Source of the DNA: Escherichia phage vB_EcoM_KAW3E185
Sequence record: MK373782.1
Reading direction: 5' to 3' (one strand)
DNA length: 64,000 nucleotides
How positions within the stretch are numbered: position 1 is the first letter of the stretch; every line of letters starts with the position of its first letter. Made by a program: the position numbers and the translations under genes. Shown here one piece after another: positions 10,316 to 19,597 of the stretch. Under the pieces are notes generated by a model. It was not told where the DNA came from. It did not search any database and worked only from the letters and a program-made list of their open reading frames with translations.

Positions 10316-10644
10316 TTTACCGCCTTAACAATTTTTAAGTCAACGAATTTTTTCTTACGTTGATTTTTCATACGACGGATAGTCTTTTCAGAGATTTCAT
10401 GTTTCTGATAAGCTTTAGATTCAACACCAAATGCAGCAACGTCAAATTCAGAAAGAATATATTGTACTAGAATTTCACGAATAGAATTACGTCCAATTTT
10501 CTGGTCGTGTTTTTGCATGATTTCATAAAGACGGAATTCCAACGCATCAAGAACTTGAGGAGTAACAATATTGCCAGATTCCAGAAGAGCAACAACTTTA
10601 TCGAAAGCGAAAGAATTAACTACGTTTTTGATTTTAGTAGACAT
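10312..10644 (-). CDS. hypothetical protein (110 aa)
   Basis: ORF-track start at 10674 is TTG; ATG at 10644 is preceded by GAGGAA. Confidence 0.5.
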   Translation of the reverse strand: MSTKIKNVVNSFAFDKVVALLESGNIVTPQVLDALEFRLYEIMQKHDQKIGRNSIREILVQYILSEFDVAAFGVESKAYQKHEISEKTIRRMKNQRKKKFVDLKIVKAVK

Positions 10645-10675
10645 ATTATTTTCCTCGGTTATTTTATTATCCAAC

Positions 10676-10711
10676 GAGAGAATTATACTCTGCTCTCAAG
10701 AGTTTGTATAC
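10676..10711 (-). promoter_or_regulatory. sigma70-type early promoter (minus strand), -10 TATAAT
   Basis: Minus strand reads GTATAC-18nt-TATAAT; the 35-bp core is repeated at 39018..39052. Confidence 0.5.
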
Positions 10712-10950
10712 TATTTTTTAAGCATGAAAAGCAAGTAATTTGTATCGCGTGGAGTAATATCAACACCCATATCAAAGATGCCTTTATAGATTGGGTATTT
10801 GTTTTCGGTTGTATCGAAGCTGAAACTATTTCCATCACAACTAACAGTAATAGCATCTGTTAAAATGTCATACTCAATCCTAACAATTGAATCCCCAATT
10901 TTAACGTCGAGGTGTTTTTTGAATTTGATAAAATCTAATTCTTGGGCCAT
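10711..10950 (-). CDS. hypothetical protein (79 aa)
   Basis: ATG start. Confidence 0.5.
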   Translation of the reverse strand: MAQELDFIKFKKHLDVKIGDSIVRIEYDILTDAITVSCDGNSFSFDTTENKYPIYKGIFDMGVDITPRDTNYLLFMLKK

Positions 10951-10970
10951 GATATTTTCCTCATTTTAAG

Positions 10971-11010
10971 ACGATAGGAAGATAATAACATGTCTTCCTA
11001 TCGTTGTACA
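10971..11010 (-). promoter_or_regulatory. early promoter with 12-bp inverted repeat flanking the -10 (minus strand)
   Basis: Minus strand reads TGTACA-ACGATAGGAAGA-catgtTATTAT-TCTTCCTATCGT, then a Shine-Dalgarno sequence and ATG. Confidence 0.5.
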
Positions 11011-11013
11011 TTA

Positions 11014-11214
11014 TTAACCGAACTTTTTAGCGCCTTTCCAGCCTTCGTACATAACTGCACAAGTCAGTAGTACAGCGTGCTGGCATTCTTTGTATTTGTA
11101 AATCCAGAACCAGCGTAAGAAGTCTTCATCCTCAACGCCGTTGAGTTTCATATTGGCAAAGAATTCGGCACGTTCTTCACGAAGCTTTTGCGATAACATA
11201 GATTCAGGATTCAT
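11014..11214 (-). CDS. hypothetical protein (66 aa)
   Basis: ATG start. Confidence 0.5.
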   Translation of the reverse strand: MNPESMLSQKLREERAEFFANMKLNGVEDEDFLRWFWIYKYKECQHAVLLTCAVMYEGWKGAKKFG

Positions 11215-11345
11215 TTTGTGTTCCAGGCCCCATTTTCATCGATGAACTTAATCCAGTCATTTACAGACCATTTAGTTGTATCACCCTTTGGATTAACATT
11301 TAAAGTATATAATCCCTGCTTAAAAAGCATTCGTTTGATATTCAT
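11211..11345 (-). CDS. hypothetical small protein (about 44 aa; start uncertain)
   Basis: ORF 11211..11438 overlaps the upstream gene; ATG at 11345 follows GAGGAAA and the upstream stop. Confidence 0.3.
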   Translation of the reverse strand: MNIKRMLFKQGLYTLNVNPKGDTTKWSVNDWIKFIDENGAWNTK

Positions 11346-11352
11346 AATTTCC

Positions 11353-11646
11353 TCAACTGTAACGATAACATTCGTTAGCTTTACGTTTGGCTTCAGTATG
11401 AGAAGTATTATAATCATACTCTTCTTTACTGTAAACATCTTTTTTCAACTTACGAACTTCTTTGCGGAGTTGTCGATTCATTTCATTCTTGACTTCAGAA
11501 TCAACGCCTTTCATACGTTTCCATTTATCTGAGCGGAAGATGTTTTCAACCATGTCTTTGTGGCTAACACCGTCAGGAGCTTTACGCTTACCAAAATAGT
11601 CGTAATCGCGAACTTTCAAATCTTTACGACGATACGTTTTACCCAT
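11353..11646 (-). CDS. hypothetical basic protein (about 97 aa)
   Basis: ORF-track start is TTG; ATG at 11646; Lys/Arg-rich. Confidence 0.4.
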   Translation of the reverse strand: MGKTYRRKDLKVRDYDYFGKRKAPDGVSHKDMVENIFRSDKWKRMKGVDSEVKNEMNRQLRKEVRKLKKDVYSKEEYDYNTSHTEAKRKANECYRYS

Positions 11647-11653
11647 AAGTACC

Positions 11654-11902
11654 TCAGAGGTTGATTGATACAACGCGTTTGATAAAATTCACTTCACTTA
11701 CTGAAAGGTCTTTAAGACCGATTGATTCTAAACGCTGAGTAAGCGTCAACATCGGGATATAATCCCAATGAGTTTTAGTTGCTTGATAAGTACGAACTCC
11801 ATTAGCAATTTCAACGTTCAAATCGGAAATGGTAATGAATATCGGACGCTCGTCATTAACTTTAAGGGTTAGAACAACTTTCTTTGAATCTAAACTAATC
11901 AT
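11654..11902 (-). CDS. hypothetical protein (82 aa)
   Basis: ORF from the six-frame track, tiling with its neighbours. Confidence 0.45.
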   Translation of the reverse strand: MISLDSKKVVLTLKVNDERPIFITISDLNVEIANGVRTYQATKTHWDYIPMLTLTQRLESIGLKDLSVSEVNFIKRVVSINL

Positions 11903-12081
11903 GACTTAATTTCCTTCGCAATTGAACAGAAGATACCACGGTCACAAAGCATTTCACCAATTTCTGGATATTTGATTGAATGGTACCAAACATCCAGGCT
12001 TGAAACTCTGGTTATCTGTACTGCATTACCGTTGACAGAATAGTACTGGTCAACCTTAATTTCTTTATCTTCAATTGTCAT
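11899..12081 (-). CDS. hypothetical protein (60 aa)
   Basis: ORF 11899..12243 includes intergenic sequence; ATG at 12081 preceded by AGAGGAAAA; a GTTTAC-type promoter-like sequence lies upstream (about 12110..12143). Confidence 0.4.
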   Translation of the reverse strand: MTIEDKEIKVDQYYSVNGNAVQITRVSSLDVWYHSIKYPEIGEMLCDRGIFCSIAKEIKS

Positions 12082-12217
12082 TTTATTTTCCTCTATAGTA
12101 GATGGTTTAATCTTAACACATTTATTGAGGATGTAAACTGTTTTATGAAAATATTTTTTGATTTGAGAGGGGCACAAGGAGATAGTGAAGTGAAGATTCC
12201 AATGGATTATATTAGAA

Positions 12218-12249
12218 ATGAGATAAAGAAGACCAGGCGGCACCTGGTC
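12218..12249 (-). terminator. rho-independent terminator (minus strand)
   Basis: Hairpin GACCAGG-tgccg-CCTGGTC followed on the minus-strand RNA by a U-rich tract; overlaps the nrdH-like stop. Confidence 0.45.
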
Positions 12250-12571
12250 AATCTTCTATGATATCAGAGTCATATCCTAATGAAATCAAGGACTTTTTAA
12301 ACTCTGCAATATTCTTTTGTTTCTTATCATTTAAAAATATGACAGGATAACGAATATTAAGTGAAGTGAATCCTGCACGTTTAGCAAGAGATACGATTAA
12401 AGGACGGTCATATTCAATCTTACCATTATTAGTGAGGACTTTATAAAATGTATAAGGAGCATTGAGCTCCTTTAAAAGTTTTGTAACAGTATAACATCCT
12501 GGACAACGTCCAACTTCTTCAGGGATGCCATAAATTTCAATCTTGTTCTTTAAGTTCGAGTTTTGTTCCAC
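12248..12571 (-). CDS. nrdH: glutaredoxin/NrdH-like redoxin (about 107 aa)
   Basis: CPGC active-site motif (IYGIPEEVGRCPGCY); probable GTG start at 12571 with AAGGAA upstream; no in-frame ATG. Confidence 0.5.
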   Translation of the reverse strand: MEQNSNLKNKIEIYGIPEEVGRCPGCYTVTKLLKELNAPYTFYKVLTNNGKIEYDRPLIVSLAKRAGFTSLNIRYPVIFLNDKKQKNIAEFKKSLISLGYDSDIIED

Positions 12572-12854
12572 GAGAAATAATTCCTTGGTAAGCCCAATAA
12601 GGAGGATTAACAGAATCCTCACCAGAGTTTTCTTCAGGAAAATAAACCTGGATAACGAAGCCGGATTCATCAAAGGTAAAATAAACCGTAGGCAATTCAC
12701 CTAACAATTCGGCACGAGCATTAATTTCTTCTAGATCTCGTTCACGTCCAGCCCAAAAACTAGGATTTAGATTACATTCGTAAAAATAATAGTCATTACC
12801 GAACATATCAAAACCCTTCCAACTCTCTACCACATACCGCTCAAAACTAATCAT
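12537..12854 (-). CDS. hypothetical protein (105 aa)
   Basis: ATG start. Confidence 0.45.
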   Translation of the reverse strand: MISFERYVVESWKGFDMFGNDYYFYECNLNPSFWAGRERDLEEINARAELLGELPTVYFTFDESGFVIQVYFPEENSGEDSVNPPYWAYQGIISRGTKLELKEQD

Positions 12855-12856
12855 AA

Positions 12857-13072
12857 TTAAGCCTTTTTATCAAGAACAGAATTCAGTTTATTAGTAATTT
12901 TGTCCAAACGTTCATTGAATTCGCTGGAGGATAAACCCTTTTCTGGAGAAATTAAACTAATCACGAAAAATACACCAGTAAAAGGAATAAGAAAAATAGC
13001 TCCAACTGCCATAAACAGAAAGAATGTTACAGTTGTAAGAAAATCAGCTAAACCTTTACGAAATTTATACAT
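12857..13072 (-). CDS. hypothetical small membrane protein (71 aa)
   Basis: Hydrophobic stretch FLFMAVGAIFLIPFTGVFFVISLI; ATG start. Confidence 0.45.
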   Translation of the reverse strand: MYKFRKGLADFLTTVTFFLFMAVGAIFLIPFTGVFFVISLISPEKGLSSSEFNERLDKITNKLNSVLDKKA

Positions 13073-13190
13073 TTACATTTACCTTTAATTGATTAACCAA
13101 GCATTGATAATCATTAAACTATATTGCGAATAAAATTCTGGACCAAAACGAAAAATCATATCATTTATAGTATCCATAATGTAATTCAAT

Positions 13191-13661
13191 TTAATCATGT
13201 TTCCACACCCCATCGGTATTTGACCAAAGTCGCTGATTATCTGATCCTCGCCACAGCTTTTTAGTCGGAAGATTTTTCTCATACTTCCCATCAATAATAA
13301 CATCAACATATTTAAGCATTTCTAGTTGTTTAATATCTTCAAACTTATATCCTGTCCACAACCAAATGCTTTTATTGGGATAAAGATTTTTTACTGTTTG
13401 AGCAATGCGATGAATAACATCTCGGTTATCAGGATAGAGAGGGTCTCCTCCGGTTATAGTTAATCCTTCTATATAATCATTATTCAAACATTCAATCAAT
13501 TGTTCTAGTGTCTCTCCAGTGAATGGAATACCATTTCTAGCATTCCATGTTGATTTATTATAACACCCTTCACATTTATGCAAACAACCTGTAACGAAAA
13601 GAACGACCCTGCATCCAGGGCCATTCACAAAGCAGCACGGGTATATTCTGTCATAATTCAT
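13191..13661 (-). CDS. nrdG: anaerobic ribonucleotide reductase activating protein NrdG (156 aa)
   Basis: Radical-SAM-type cysteine cluster CLHKCEGC; ATG at 13661 gives MNYDRIYPCCFVNGPGCRVV and the T4 NrdG length; start overlaps the upstream stop (ATGA). Confidence 0.9.
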   Translation of the reverse strand: MNYDRIYPCCFVNGPGCRVVLFVTGCLHKCEGCYNKSTWNARNGIPFTGETLEQLIECLNNDYIEGLTITGGDPLYPDNRDVIHRIAQTVKNLYPNKSIWLWTGYKFEDIKQLEMLKYVDVIIDGKYEKNLPTKKLWRGSDNQRLWSNTDGVWKHD

Positions 13662-14488
13662 AATAATATCCAATTTTTCCAAGCTTCATCAGTAGAATTA
13701 CAGCGTTTTAGTATAAGATGTCTAGAAACTTTTATGGCATTTGAGCACTTTTTAATTGAATCATACTTAATACCGTCAACTGAAACGGTTTTGCTAGTTG
13801 GAGAAATTTTTCCATACATTGGATTTTTTGAACCAACTTGAAGTCCTTTTAAAGCTTTTGAAAGCTTTTGTCTAGATTCCAATGACATGGGAGAATTCTT
13901 TTTACCTTCAATAATTCGCTTGCGATGAAGTTCGCGTTCTTCTTCACTCAAAGAATTGTAATATTTTTTAACACCGTTTGATATAGATAATTTATCTTTC
14001 TCAGACCGCTCTCCAGCTAATTTACTTCTAACATCTTTTCGCTTCATAGCTATGCTTACGGCTTTATTTAAATTTGCTTGATGCTCTGGCGTACGTTTAT
14101 ATTTCTTTAAAGCACGTGAAATAGCTATTTTAGTTTCTTCTGTTCTCTTTTTACCTTTATTTGCTAAACTATTTTTGCGGCGATGTTCAAGTGTCTGTTC
14201 ATAGGCAGTTCCACCTTTTCCACCAGGTTTAATATTATATGTATTTTCTTTTAGACAATACTCTTCGGTTACGAGTTCAGCTTCTTTATCATACATTTGC
14301 TTTTCATTATCAAAAACATATAAAATTTCTTTATAAAAATTTTTTCTACCATATTTTAATAAAGCAGCACGAATCAATGTTCCTGATCCCATATAACCGT
14401 CATTTATGTTATCGGTGCTATGCGCACCGATATATTCCTTTGAATTAATTATATTTGTTATTTTATAAATTATATAATACCTATGCAT
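13658..14488 (-). CDS. free-standing GIY-YIG homing endonuclease (276 aa)
   Basis: N-terminal motif YYIIYKITNIINSKEYIGAHS (GIY...YIG); basic C-terminal repeats typical of Seg/I-TevI DNA-binding regions. Confidence 0.8.
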   Translation of the reverse strand: MHRYYIIYKITNIINSKEYIGAHSTDNINDGYMGSGTLIRAALLKYGRKNFYKEILYVFDNEKQMYDKEAELVTEEYCLKENTYNIKPGGKGGTAYEQTLEHRRKNSLANKGKKRTEETKIAISRALKKYKRTPEHQANLNKAVSIAMKRKDVRSKLAGERSEKDKLSISNGVKKYYNSLSEEERELHRKRIIEGKKNSPMSLESRQKLSKALKGLQVGSKNPMYGKISPTSKTVSVDGIKYDSIKKCSNAIKVSRHLILKRCNSTDEAWKNWILL

Positions 14489-15760
14489 GTTTTACTCGTT
14501 TTACCATTTCTTTCATTTTACCTAAATTCCATGGGACAACGCTAGGAGTTCCAAGATATCCGCATGTTCTTCTTATGGTATTCATCTTTTTAGGATCAGT
14601 TTCTCCACAAATAGAACAAACAAATCCGTTTTCAGTAGGAGTCATTTCATGGGTACTTCCACATGTAAAACATTTATCCACTGGCATATTAACACCAAAA
14701 TAATCTAAATGTTGTGCAGCATAATCCCAGACGGCCTCAAGCCCCTTTAAATTGTTTTTCATATCTGGAAGTTCAACATAAGAAATGTGACCGCCTGTCG
14801 CAATGAAATGATATGGGGCTTCGCGAGAAATCTTTTCAAACGGAGTGATATTTTCTTCTACTGAAACATGGAAACTGTTAGTGTACCATCCTTTATCGGT
14901 AACATCTTTTACACTTCCATATTTTTCAGTATCAAGTTTACAGAAGCGATAGCAAAGGTTTTCAGCAGGAGTAGAATACAAGCTAAAAGCAAAACCGGTT
15001 CTTTCGGTCCACTGCTTAAGACGAGCATTCATTTTAGTTAAAATTTCTTGTCCAATATCACGACCGACAAGAATATTCAATTCGTGAATACCGATGTATC
15101 CTAGGGACACTGAACTTCTACCGTTTTTAAATAACTCAATTATATCATCATCAGGTTTAAGACGGACCCCAAATGCACCTTCTTGGTAAAGAATAGGAGC
15201 AACAGTAGCTTTAACTCCTTTTAAGGAACTAATTCTACACATCAAGGCTTCAAAGCACAGATCCATTCGTTCATTAAATAACTCAACAAATTTCTGTTCA
15301 TTGAACTGTGTTCCAATATAAGAATCTAACGCGATGCGAGGAAGATTCAGTGTTACAACGCCAAGATTATTACGTCCATCAAGAATTTCATTACCAGTCG
15401 AATCTTTCCATACACTCAAGAAACTACGGCAGCCCATTGGAGAAACAGGAACTGAAGAACCGGTAATAGCTTTATTATTCTTAACCGAAATAATGTCAGG
15501 ATACATTCTTTTGCTTGCACATTCTAACGCAAGTTGTTTAATATCATAGTTCGGATCATCTTTATAAAGATTAACACCTTCTTCAACAAACATAACAAGT
15601 TTAGGAAAAATAGGAGTTATTCCATCACGACCAAGACCTTTAATGCGGTTTTTAAGAATTGCCTTCTGAATCATTCGTTCAGTCCAGTCAGTTCCCGTAC
15701 CAAATGTAATTGTTACAAAAGGCGTTTGTCCGTTTGAACTAAAGAGAGTATTTACTTCAT
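14481..15760 (-). CDS. nrdD: anaerobic ribonucleotide reductase NrdD, exon 2
   Basis: Encodes EVNTLFSSNGQ... to the C-terminal glycyl-radical motif RRTCGYLG; joining to exon 1 at the inferred splice sites gives 605 codons, the T4 NrdD length. Confidence 0.85.
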
Positions 15761-16805
15761 CATTATATTCAGCATGAGTCGCAAATTCATGCTCGTTTAT
15801 ATGAAACAACAAAATTTGGATAGTCCATAGATATGCAACGTTCTTTTATAGTGCTAGGATGAAAATTTAGCGCTTTAGCTGCTTCTATATAAGACGTATA
15901 CTTAATACCGTCAACAACCACATATTCAGGAACTTTATGAATAGTAGTCTTAATACTCAAAACAAGAGGATGAGTTTCGACTTCACTTTCAGTGCAATTT
16001 AAATATTCCGCTGCTTTTTTAAAACTTCTAAAAGTTTTATTTTTAAGCTTTATCGATACTTGTTTTTTACTTTTTCGACTATTGATATTATTTTGCACAT
16101 GTTCCTTAGATCTTCCGTTTTTAGCATAATATTCAGCTACAGAAGATTTTATATTGTTTTTATGAGATTCGGATAACACTTTACCCTTATGAGCATCTCT
16201 TAATTTTTGAATATGTTCTTCAGTATCCGGATGCTTATAAAACTTTTTACCGCCTATGGATTTATTTAAACATTTTTTGCTATAAAAATATTTACGTATG
16301 ACCTCTTCTTCATGTTTTAATGCATCTTTATAACTATCAAATGTTTTTAAAATTATCCATTTAGTAGGTGTATCAGTTTTTAAGCGTTCATTTATATACT
16401 TAGATGACGTTGTGTAAGTTTTCCAGTTTGTGGGCTTATTTTTAATTGTTCTAAATTTTTTATAACCGATATAAATGTCGCCATTAGAAAACTTAACTAA
16501 GTATGTAAATGCGTCTTTATCTTTTATTTTAGTACAACGTCTTTTTATCCATTTCATTGTTTCACCTCGTATTCATAAGATAATCTTATTTATACAAGAT
16601 GACTGCTGCATGTCGCCATGCAGATTAGACTATATCTTCATCTTTCGATGCCGGCCGTTTCGAATAGCATTAGCTTCTATTCTACACCGCTACATTCATC
16701 ACGGTTAGTCGTTAGGCATTTAGTTCAAAAGAACATTTAGCACGGGATTGTCTACTAGAGAGGTTCCCCGTTTAGACCGGTTTTACATGAGCCTGAATTA
16801 AATTA
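15761..16805 (-). mobile_element. group I self-splicing intron in nrdD (1045 bp)
   Basis: Minus-strand core CTAAACGGGGAACCTCTCTAGTAGACAATCCCGTGCTAAAT at 16735..16775, which I recall from T4 group I introns; 5' exon ends in U, intron ends in G; in-frame stop follows exon 1. Confidence 0.8.
15787..16557 (-). CDS. intron-encoded homing-endonuclease-like protein (256 aa)
   Basis: ATG start inside the intron's 3' extension; degenerate GIY-YIG-like N-terminus (FTYLVKFSNGDIYIGYKKF); Lys-rich with a helix-turn-helix-like C-terminus; no HNH cysteine pairs. Confidence 0.65.
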   Translation of the reverse strand: MKWIKRRCTKIKDKDAFTYLVKFSNGDIYIGYKKFRTIKNKPTNWKTYTTSSKYINERLKTDTPTKWIILKTFDSYKDALKHEEEVIRKYFYSKKCLNKSIGGKKFYKHPDTEEHIQKLRDAHKGKVLSESHKNNIKSSVAEYYAKNGRSKEHVQNNINSRKSKKQVSIKLKNKTFRSFKKAAEYLNCTESEVETHPLVLSIKTTIHKVPEYVVVDGIKYTSYIEAAKALNFHPSTIKERCISMDYPNFVVSYKRA

Positions 16806-17343
16806 ACTCATACGCCTGGAATGCGTCATAGACATCTTTTTCTGTTTTAGATTGAGCATAATTCAACGCATCAGCGATTTGCCATTTTTCTGCATCCTCA
16901 ATATGTTTTGCATAGGTGCGTTTAACATAAGGAGAAAGTACTTTATCTACATTAGCAAAAGTCGTTCCGCCGTATTGATGGGAAGCAACTTGTGCAGTAA
17001 TTTGTGCCATAATTGCAGTAGCAACACCAATAGATTTAGGCGTTTCAATTTGAGCATTGCCTAATTTAAATCCATTCTCAAGCATCCCCTTTAAATCGAC
17101 TAAACAGCAATTGGTAAACGGAAGAGCAGGAGAATAATCAATATCATGCATGTGAATGATTCCGCGTTCATGCGCATTCATAATAAAAGACGGGACCATA
17201 TTTTTGGCAATGTGTTTAGACACAATACCAGCCATAAGGTCCCGTTGAGTTGGAAAAACACGAGAATCTTTATTAGCATTCTCGTTCAAAAGATCTTTAT
17301 TAGTTTTATAAATTAATCCTTCAATTTCTTTTTCAATTTTCAT
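16806..17343 (-). CDS. nrdD: anaerobic ribonucleotide reductase NrdD, exon 1
   Basis: MKIEKEIEGLIYKTNKDLLNENANKDSRVFPTQRDLMAGIV... matches the recalled T4 NrdD N-terminus up to ...DAFQAYE. Confidence 0.85.
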
Positions 17344-17813
17344 TTTAAACTCTTTCTAAGCTGCTTTTTGAATGAAGCTATTAATTGTGTTTTAGTATCG
17401 GATTCATTATATTCAAATCCTCTTTGAAGCATCTCGGACATCATTTCCTCTTTACCTAGTCTTGAGAACTCTTTAGTTTTGTCTGGAACAAAATTAGGAT
17501 GGATATTATTATCAGAATAATCTTGTTTCAAATAAGCAAGAAGAGATTCAAGCCATTCGAGGTAATCAACGTTTTGACCTTTAAGACCAGAACGGTTGAA
17601 CTTATGCTTCATTTGACCTTCTGCTGTGTTGCACAGATTACAGAGTAACCCACGAACTCTACCGGCTTTTGGCCCGTTTAATTCGTGGTCGTGGTCAAGA
17701 TGGTTACCTTGAACATCAGGGTCTAATTCACGGTGGCAAATAGGACACTTACCGTTCTGTGCATCATAAAATTTTTGTTTTTCTTCTTTATATTTTGCGC
17801 CTGATAATAACAT
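17340..17813 (-). CDS. 49: endonuclease VII, Holliday-junction resolvase gp49 (157 aa)
   Basis: Zinc and catalytic motifs CPIC...HLDHDH...CNLCN; length matches T4 gp49. Confidence 0.9.
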   Translation of the reverse strand: MLLSGAKYKEEKQKFYDAQNGKCPICHRELDPDVQGNHLDHDHELNGPKAGRVRGLLCNLCNTAEGQMKHKFNRSGLKGQNVDYLEWLESLLAYLKQDYSDNNIHPNFVPDKTKEFSRLGKEEMMSEMLQRGFEYNESDTKTQLIASFKKQLRKSLK

Positions 17814-17848
17814 GATAAACCCTTACCTTAAATAGATAAGGGTATTTA

Positions 17849-18274
17849 TTAACTTAAACGTCTTTCTAAATATTCAATGTATTCTGCGGCTGCTTGCATC
17901 AGGTTACCTTCATAGCCGTCGTTATTTTCTTGTCCGGCTAATTTAGCTAATGCATAAGAAATTCGTTCACCTTCGAATTCGCCAAGTTTACTACCTAGCA
18001 CATCCGCAATATCAGCCGAATCAATTTCTTCGAGTTCATCTATTGAATGTGATTCCCAGAAGCACCAAAGAGAAGTATCACGGTCATAGATGCAAAGTTT
18101 CTCACCAGTGTTCAACATCACTTCAATAATGCCATGGTCGCCATAACCATCTTCGGTCGTAGTACCAATTACCTTGATGATTGTTCCTTTCTTTAATTCA
18201 GGAAACTTGACTTGTAGTTCTTCATCTTCTTTAACAATCTTGAACCATTTACCACGTGTGTCAGAAATATTCAT
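17849..18274 (-). CDS. hypothetical protein (141 aa), acidic
   Basis: ATG start. Confidence 0.5.
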   Translation of the reverse strand: MNISDTRGKWFKIVKEDEELQVKFPELKKGTIIKVIGTTTEDGYGDHGIIEVMLNTGEKLCIYDRDTSLWCFWESHSIDELEEIDSADIADVLGSKLGEFEGERISYALAKLAGQENNDGYEGNLMQAAAEYIEYLERRLS

Positions 18275-18275
18275 A

Positions 18276-18446
18276 TCAATATCCTCTATAAAAGTTGCGA
18301 TGCGTGCGTTTCGCTTTGCGAAGCTGACGTTTAGTTGGTCGAACCGTAAATGGTCGTCCGGAGAAAAAATTTGGTTCAGTTTTAATCAACACATACCAAT
18401 CGTGTTCGCCACTTTTTAATAAACGGTATAACAATTTAACTTGCAT
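18276..18446 (-). CDS. hypothetical basic protein (about 56 aa)
   Basis: ORF-track start is TTG; ATG at 18446 preceded by GGGAAGAG. Confidence 0.35.
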   Translation of the reverse strand: MQVKLLYRLLKSGEHDWYVLIKTEPNFFSGRPFTVRPTKRQLRKAKRTHRNFYRGY

Positions 18447-18574
18447 AATAATCTCTTCCCATTTCCAAATCAATCATATCGTTTACTGTAGGTTCATCAT
18501 AACACGTTTCTTCGTCGTTGTAAACTGTTTCGACGTCTGGCTCGACAGTTTCCCATCGAGCCGAATACCATGGC

Positions 18575-18931
18575 TTAACCCCGGAGTTTATTGAGCTCTT
18601 CATAATCAATCCAGGATTCTAGCCCTGACGGCAGGTCACATTCAATGTTCCACAGAAGCTCTTCAATGGCTTGCAGGCGATTATATTCTTCAACGGTAAT
18701 GGTAACCATTGGTGCAACCGGTTCTGCCTTTTTAACCATCATGTCGTTCATCAGGACGTAAAGGTCATCACGAACGACAGTGTCGTTCCAACCCCATGAT
18801 TTGGCTTCGTAAGCTAATGATGAAGGGAGCACATTTAAAACTTCAATAATAGTTGGAGCATCAGGACCAAGTTCATTGGCACAAACTTCGTATACATCTT
18901 GGAAATCTTTAAGATTTAATGAATATGTCAT
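18575..18931 (-). CDS. hypothetical protein (118 aa)
   Basis: ATG start overlapping the nrdC stop. Confidence 0.5.
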   Translation of the reverse strand: MTYSLNLKDFQDVYEVCANELGPDAPTIIEVLNVLPSSLAYEAKSWGWNDTVVRDDLYVLMNDMMVKKAEPVAPMVTITVEEYNRLQAIEELLWNIECDLPSGLESWIDYEELNKLRG

Positions 18932-19191
18932 TTAAAATATTCTCGCAGTTGGTCAAATCCACCAATATGACTTCCATCAGGAGCAAATACCTGAGGCATA
19001 GTCAATCCAACTTGTGATTCACGTCCTAGTTTATTCAGAAGCTCGTCAATTTTTTCTTCATCAAATACACCTTTCTCTGGCATCACGTTAATGAATTCGA
19101 ACGGCTGTTTCTTAACAGTCAGCAATCGTTTCGCATTATCACAATAAATGCATTTATGAATAGTAGAGTCATACCCGTACACTTTAAACAT
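18928..19191 (-). CDS. nrdC: phage thioredoxin/glutaredoxin NrdC (87 aa)
   Basis: ATG at 19191 gives MFKVYGYDSTIHKCIYCDNAKRLL...HIGGFDQLREYFK, near-identical to recalled T4 NrdC with its CxxC site. Confidence 0.9.
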   Translation of the reverse strand: MFKVYGYDSTIHKCIYCDNAKRLLTVKKQPFEFINVMPEKGVFDEEKIDELLNKLGRESQVGLTMPQVFAPDGSHIGGFDQLREYFK

Positions 19192-19597
19192 TATTTTTCC
19201 TTTCATCAATTAAATATGCAATGCCAAATACAATACATGTAATAAAACCTGTGATACAGATAGAAACCAACAACACTGTACCAAAGAACCAAATCAAGTT
19301 ATCTTTAGTAGTTTGTTTGATATCCATCTCACGAATTTCTATAGCTATCGTATCACCTTTATTCAGAAGCGTATAAAACGATGGCGATACACGCCTGTCA
19401 AAAACTCGTCCTTGCTCATCTTTATAGACTGCAATAAATTCTAATTTAGAATATTTTCCTGTAGATTGACCTGAGATTAGCTCTACTACCTCCACAGGAA
19501 TTACTTTAGTTTCCATGTAAGTATTTTGGCTGTTCCAAATGAATGGAATAATAGCAAAAACTAAAGCTGCGATAAAACAACGAAGGCTATATCTCAT
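19184..19597 (-). CDS. hypothetical membrane protein (137 aa)
   Basis: Hydrophobic segments at both ends; ATG start. Confidence 0.5.
   Translation of the reverse strand: MRYSLRCFIAALVFAIIPFIWNSQNTYMETKVIPVEVVELISGQSTGKYSKLEFIAVYKDEQGRVFDRRVSPSFYTLLNKGDTIAIEIREMDIKQTTKDNLIWFFGTVLLVSICITGFITCIVFGIAYLIDERKNNV

Noticed and set aside
13085-13309. ORF of 74 aa overlapping the end of nrdG
   Set aside because: Out-of-frame overlap with the conserved nrdG coding sequence; no independent support.
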